From: Lytechinus pictus
Taxonomy: Eukaryota
Assembly: GCF_037042905.1 (NCBI RefSeq)
Contig: NC_087245.1
Location: forward strand, 40,426,001 to 40,490,000
DNA length: 64,000 bases
Reading direction: 5' to 3'
The notes under the pieces were generated by a model, which saw nothing but the letters and a program-made list of their open reading frames with translations, was not told the origin of the DNA and did no database searches. The translations under genes were made by a program, and so were the position numbers. Positions 60,801 through 64,000 of this stretch are shown piece by piece (position 1 is the first letter of the stretch; every line of letters begins with the position of its first letter).

Positions 60801-63793
60801 GGTGATCATGTCTTGCGGTAAATGGTACAAACCATTGGCGATGATCACCAGTCGTTGTTAAAGTCGCTCTTAACTTACGAACAGCTTTATGAAACGACCC
60901 CCAGGGCTTGGAAATGATGTTTTAGATTTTCAAATGCAAAATGGGGTGAAATACCGCAGTTTGCCATCTGATCTGCGGTCCGTTTTCAAACGGGGGTAAG
61001 ACGTAATGAAATGAATAAAGTGTAATCCAAACATGGATGCAGAGAACAGATTCCATCTTGTGAAAAACTGCAATGCAATAATTTCTGTACCAAGAGTAAT
61101 AAATATTTATTCTTTATTATATCCTGAAGTGGTTTCATGCATATTTTCTTTATCCTTTGAGCAGATTTCAACTTGTGAAATTTTCTAAACTTTATTTCCT
61201 TTCAAATTGCGATGCAATAAAATCCTGTACCAAGAATTTTAAATATTTATTGTTAGTTATTTCCTGAAGTGATTTCAATCATATTTTGTTCATCCTGTCT
61301 ACCATAGGCTGCCATGATGTCGATAGCATTCAAGGAAGGTTTATCTCTCCCAGCTGCCTCTCTGGATGGAATGATTATGGCTGCTAACCAGGATGTCAGA
61401 CAGGTACAGGTCTATTTAACCTTTCACCTTTGACCTTGCTTAGGGTGGGGTTCCAATAGAAACACCCCCTTTTACTCAAACAAGTGAACAGGAAAAGATA
61501 TTGAAAACGAAATATGGAACAAAAAGAAAATACTCTAACAAGTGAGTGGAGTTTTGAGCAATTCCCCCAACCAGTTATAATGAGAGGAGAGACATGCGGC
61601 TCACAGTTCTGTAAGCGCCCCTCTTGGTGACCCAGATTGGCTGGCTCCTCCCAAAATGCGCCTTAGAATGTCTTTGACAGATATATGTCGCTATACAAAT
61701 GCTGTGCACCCTCATGATCATCATCAATTAATATAAGATTGATATGAATTGAAATGTTGAATTTGTAAACATTGCAAATTGCACCTTTATTTGCACATTG
61801 GCAATTTTGTGACTTATCAAGTTACATGTCCTTTGTTATTTTTAGAGAAAATTTTACTAATTCATCTTCTTTGCTTATAGTGTAATCAGCTCTATAAAAT
61901 TAGTGACATTTGGTGTGGCAACAACTGGTCTGGTGGAACATCTGCAGATTAATTTGAATACCTATTTGCTAATTATTCATAACCAAACACCCTATTGCAA
62001 CTCTGAACCTCTATCTCCAGAAGCAATTGTTGCTGGAGCAAAATAAAGTCTTGAGTCACCACTTAGTATAATGTTAATGTAATGTTTTAAAGTAATGTTA
62101 GTTTTCTTTCGTTAACATTGTTTTGGGGTCAGCAACTTAGAAGTCCCCCATGGACTTCTTGGCTGATCTTCATTCATGTATTAACTTATTGGCTATTGTG
62201 TATTTGATGTAAAAATTTGAATTGTTTTTTAATTGTTTTTTAATGAAATAAAGATTGAATTGAATTGATAACGATGTTGTCTACCCCCCCCCTTTATTGG
62301 TTTCTCTTTATTTAATGTTGGATGTATTTTCTGTAGGTGTTACATAATCTGAGTATGTGGAGTGCAGGACAAAAGAAGATGGATGCAGAACAGATGAATA
62401 TAGATGCCAAGAATGCAAAGAAAGATCTCAAGTTGGTGAGTACACACAAAAAAATCTGGGGCACGTTGCAGAAAGAGTTGCAATCAAACGCAACTCTAAA
62501 TATCATACGCAACTCTAAATATCATGCGCAACTTCATTTTCAACAAATCAACAGCGCGCATTTTGGACTTGCGATTGATTTTTTGACTTGCGTTTAAACG
62601 CAACTCTTTCCAGATCTTCCTACTTCTTATGGGGTGTTGCAAGAAACTTGCGATCAATTGCAAGTCAATTTTTGGTCCCTAAATTAATCATATGTCTTGC
62701 AATTGATTGCAAATTTGTGATTGATTGCTAATCTGCTCCTTGAAACAAGGAGTGTAATCTATTTGTTCCAGCTAAAACTGATCTATCAACTGTAAAATTG
62801 CAACAGAATTTTTGCAATTGATTGCAAATATTTTCTTGCAACACCCCCTTAATCACATAATTTCCTAAAAGTTTTATATAAGATAATGTGTTATTCTCAA
62901 TTTTATTTATTTTCTTCTGTGATTGTAATATACACATCTTGGGTTTGTTATGTATATCTGATTTTCTTTTTTTTCTGTTTCTCTATCTCTTTTATTTGTC
63001 TTTTCTGTTTGCCTGTGATCCACTGTTTGCTTGTCATTGTCTTGTTTGAGCTGTTGTCTCTCTGTGTATACACATCTGTCTGTTCTAGACCAGGACCCTG
63101 CCTTTAAAATGCTTGTGATAGCTTCAGAGCAAACTATAATTGCCATTGATCACAATTCCTCTATCTTAAACTCACAAATTTAGATCAGTCTCTTCTTGTG
63201 ATTGATTTGCAATTCATGGTGTGACCGACCCCAGATTCTACGAAATAGGTGTAATTTATCTCTTACCCTTAAGGAGTATTCTGTCGTTTTGTGGTCCCAA
63301 TAGATTCTATTTCTATGTGGGGGTGGTGTGGTCTAGTGGTTACGACTCTTGTCTTTCAGTCAGAGGGACGTGGGTTCAAATCCCAGCCATGGTGTGTTTT
63401 GTTAGCAAGAAATTTGCCAACATTGTGCTGCACTTGACCCAGGTGAGGGGAATGGGTACCTGGTAGGATCTATTCCTTGACGCTTTAGCGCTGATATGGC
63501 GACTCGGCTACGGCCAGGGTAATAACATGACTCCAAGTATCAAAGCGCAGTTTATGCACATAGTAACTGCGCTATATAAATTGAGATATTATCAGTATTT
63601 ACGTAGGTAGATTTACTTTCTTTTTCCTTTCCTCTTTACAGGGTCCATGGGACGTAGCCAGGCAAGTGTTCTCATCCAAAGACCTCAAGACGATGAGCTT
63701 CAACGAGAAGATGGACCTGTTCTTCCACGATTACTCCATCGCTGGACTCTTTGTGCAGGAGAATTATCTCAGTGTAATACCAAACGAAGGAAG
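42810..63793 (+). CDS. RFC1: Replication factor C subunit 1 (clamp-loader large subunit); first 15 coding exons, gene continues past the window
   Basis: Exons 42810-42818, 44474-44654, 46011-46201, 47020-47143, 47715-47869, 48707-48970, 50923-51102, 52086-52193, 54457-54802, 56422-56519, 57319-57534, 59749-59886, 61308-61403, 62337-62435, 63642-63793 (about 785 codons, phases consistent). RFC1 motifs: MDIRSFFG, YRSYLNREGP, BRCT, LMWVDKYKP, GPPGVGKT, IMDEVDG, DLFFHDYS...FVQENY. Confidence 0.97.
44474..44654 (+). CDS. RFC1: RFC1 exon 2
   Basis: DIRSFFGSPGRGKS...KKSNIIYDS; CAG acceptor, GTAAAG donor. Confidence 0.9.
46011..46201 (+). CDS. RFC1: RFC1 exon 3
   Basis: (D)SDDEPPQSKK...KKPTSVIDFFGSSPVQRSAKKSTRKDQ. 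Confidence 0.9.
47020..47143 (+). CDS. RFC1: RFC1 exon 4
   Basis: PIPNGGSKKPKLEKEEHDDDDFEATLRMMDEDKSPHKEDKK; GTGAGA donor. Confidence 0.85.
47441..47612 (-). mobile_element. Degenerate tRNA-derived SINE (another 3' fragment at about 46628-46755)
   Basis: GGGATTCGAACC (B box on the minus strand) and core similarity to the 34341 copy. Confidence 0.7.
47715..47869 (+). CDS. RFC1: RFC1 exon 5
   Basis: GKGKGLASKLAAKVKAGSLVPETPDREKPKER...GRKQSR; GTGAGT donor; phases fit the neighbouring exons. Confidence 0.8.
48707..48970 (+). CDS. RFC1: RFC1 exon 6
   Basis: ISAKEDKK...KKRGNAGYRSYLNREGPRSLGSREEPK. The acceptor is A-rich, so the exact start is less certain. Confidence 0.85.
49319..49495. mobile_element. 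hAT-like MITE with 6-bp TSD TAATCA
   Basis: TAATCA|CAGGGGTGTGAG...CTCACGCCCCTG|TAATCA. Confidence 0.8.
49769..50146. mobile_element. hAT-like MITE with 6-bp TSD GATAAG
   Basis: GATAAG|CAGAGCTGCCAAGT...ACTTGGCAGCTCTG|GATAAG (perfect 14-bp TIR). Confidence 0.85.
50626..50890 (+). mobile_element. tRNA-derived SINE (diverged)
   Basis: A box TGGCTCAGTGG, degenerate B box, core and GCGCTAT...TATTATT tail; ends about 30 nt before the RFC1 exon 7 acceptor. Confidence 0.75.
50923..51102 (+). CDS. RFC1: RFC1 exon 7 (BRCT)
   Basis: GADGCLSGLTFVVTGVIECFDKDQIKAMIEQHGGRLTGSISKKSNYLVIGREPGESKVAK. Confidence 0.95.
51163..51606. mobile_element. Non-autonomous element made of a 164-bp palindrome plus an adjacent IR-bounded segment
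   Basis: Hairpin 51163-51326 centred on TTCAACGAGGCGTAGCCGAGTTGAA; then TTTATATGACACCTA (51328-51342) ... TAGGTGTCATATAAA (51592-51606). Confidence 0.65.
52086..52193 (+). CDS. RFC1: RFC1 exon 8 (end of BRCT)
   Basis: AQEFRTKQIQEEELYDLIESRPGKGGSKVKDQQPVK. Confidence 0.9.
52492..53678 (+). mobile_element. Internally deleted hAT transposon (8-bp TSD GCACTGAG) retaining the BED-type zinc-finger start of its transposase; inserted into an antisense SINE
   Basis: TIR CAGGCCTGA; TSD at 52484-52491 and 53679-53686. From 53038: MAFQRKFLDRGEEARVKGIDASVREKWNWKWAEK*VDGRVASECIRKIEEPGKAYCTWCNKEVKYANGGWSMIKQH. SINE halves at about 52380-52491 and 53679-53770. Confidence 0.88.
54199..54387. mobile_element. 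Harbinger-like MITE (second copy at about 60756-60904)
   Basis: Arms ATAAAGCTGTTCGTAAGTTAAGAGCGACT / AGTCGCTCTTAACTTAC.AACAGCT.TAT in both copies. Confidence 0.75.
54457..54802 (+). CDS. RFC1: RFC1 exon 9 (linker and WVDKYKP box)
   Basis: KQQVAQPERK...GNLMWVDKYKPVHTKNIIGQQGDKSNAKKLLNWLRRW...KEK. Confidence 0.92.
55169..56192 (+). mobile_element. Helentron-associated (DINE-1/HINE-like) non-autonomous element with a central tandem array
   Basis: T-run, subTIR GTCTCGCCTGCA (55175-55186) with nearby partial IR GCGAGAC, (GGC)n microsatellite, about 4.5 tandem units (periods 192, 163, 164 bp), 3' subTIR TGCAGGCGAGAC (56161-56172), ends in CTTGTTTT; no TSD. Confidence 0.75.
56422..56519 (+). CDS. 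RFC1: RFC1 exon 10 (Walker A)
   Basis: AKFSRDDGYAFKAALLSGPPGVGKTTTATLVCQ. Confidence 0.97.
56991..57278 (-). mobile_element. tRNA-derived SINE with an alternative 3' tail
   Basis: Head and core match the 34341 and 17421 copies; the 3' region differs (…GCTGGGAGAATAGTTTTCAGAACTGAAGTGGCTACCCTGGGTA…). Confidence 0.85.
57319..57534 (+). CDS. RFC1: RFC1 exon 11 (Walker B)
   Basis: ELGFSYIEQNASDSRGKKSL...KHCLIMDEVDGVAGNEDRGGIQ. Confidence 0.97.
58062..58372. mobile_element. PIF/Harbinger-like MITE with 3-bp TSD TAT
   Basis: TAT|GGCCCGTATTCTGAAGTC...GACTTCAGAATACGGGCC|TAT. Confidence 0.8.
59749..59886 (+). CDS. RFC1: RFC1 exon 12
   Basis: ELIQMIKTTRTPIICICNDRSHPKIRSLVNYCFDLRFSRPRIPQIK. Confidence 0.97.
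61308..61403 (+). CDS. RFC1: RFC1 exon 13
   Basis: AAMMSIAFKEGLSLPAASLDGMIMAANQDVRQ. Confidence 0.95.
62337..62435 (+). CDS. RFC1: RFC1 exon 14
   Basis: VLHNLSMWSAGQKKMDAEQMNIDAKNAKKDLKL. Confidence 0.95.
62630..62847. mobile_element. Harbinger-like MITE (related copy at about 43210-43420)
   Basis: GGGGTGTTGCAAGAAA ... TTTCTTGCAACACCCC. Confidence 0.75.
63318..63592 (+). mobile_element. tRNA-derived SINE
   Basis: A box TGGTCTAGTGG, B box GGTTCAAATCC, core CACTTGACCCAGGTGAGG...AATGGGTACC, GCGCTATATAAA tail. Confidence 0.8.
63642..63793 (+). CDS. RFC1: RFC1 exon 15
   Basis: GPWDVARQVFSSKDLKTMSFNEKMDLFFHDYSIAGLFVQENYLSVIPNEG. Confidence 0.95.
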
Positions 63794-64000
63794 GTAAGAC
63801 ATGATGAAATACGGTGCTATCAGACGTAACCACCTCTTTTGATTTAAAGCATTAACCTCTTGACAGAAAAGAATTGTTAGTTTTGTGTTACTGTCTTCAT
63901 TATTCACTAAGGCACACCATATTATAAAGTCAGATAAATTTGTAGATGATTTTTAAGGTTTTTTTCTCTTCCTGTAATTGCAGTTTCCTGATTTGTTTTT

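Overview
Eukaryotic, AT-rich, intron- and repeat-rich genomic DNA. The repeat types and gene content suggest a marine invertebrate such as a sea urchin (inference). Two spliced genes sit head-to-head. (1) Minus strand, 36357 down to 8724: a type II transmembrane serine protease rebuilt by hand from 16 phase-compatible GT-AG exons (about 756 codons). The order is TM, CUB, five LDLa, a short Cys module plus Thr-rich linker, two LDLa, then an S1 protease domain. The His/Asp/Ser triad is intact, but the activation site is non-canonical (NV|IMGF) and the S1 pocket is not trypsin-like (Ser189, Asn226). Its start exon is unresolved. (2) Plus strand, from 42810 past the window end: RFC1 (replication factor C large subunit), 15 coding exons covering the N-terminus, BRCT and AAA+ domains. 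Introns hold many mobile elements: tRNA-derived SINEs, hAT-like elements with 5-, 6- and 8-bp TSDs, a 4.5-kb Kolobok-like relic with a THAP-like remnant, a Helentron/DINE-like element carrying DR1 nuclear-receptor motifs, Tc1/mariner-, Harbinger- and CACTA-like MITEs, and a long (TAG)n tract. A possible decayed secreted-protein gene lies at 4.3-5.6 kb. All exon boundaries were read manually and no database search was run.
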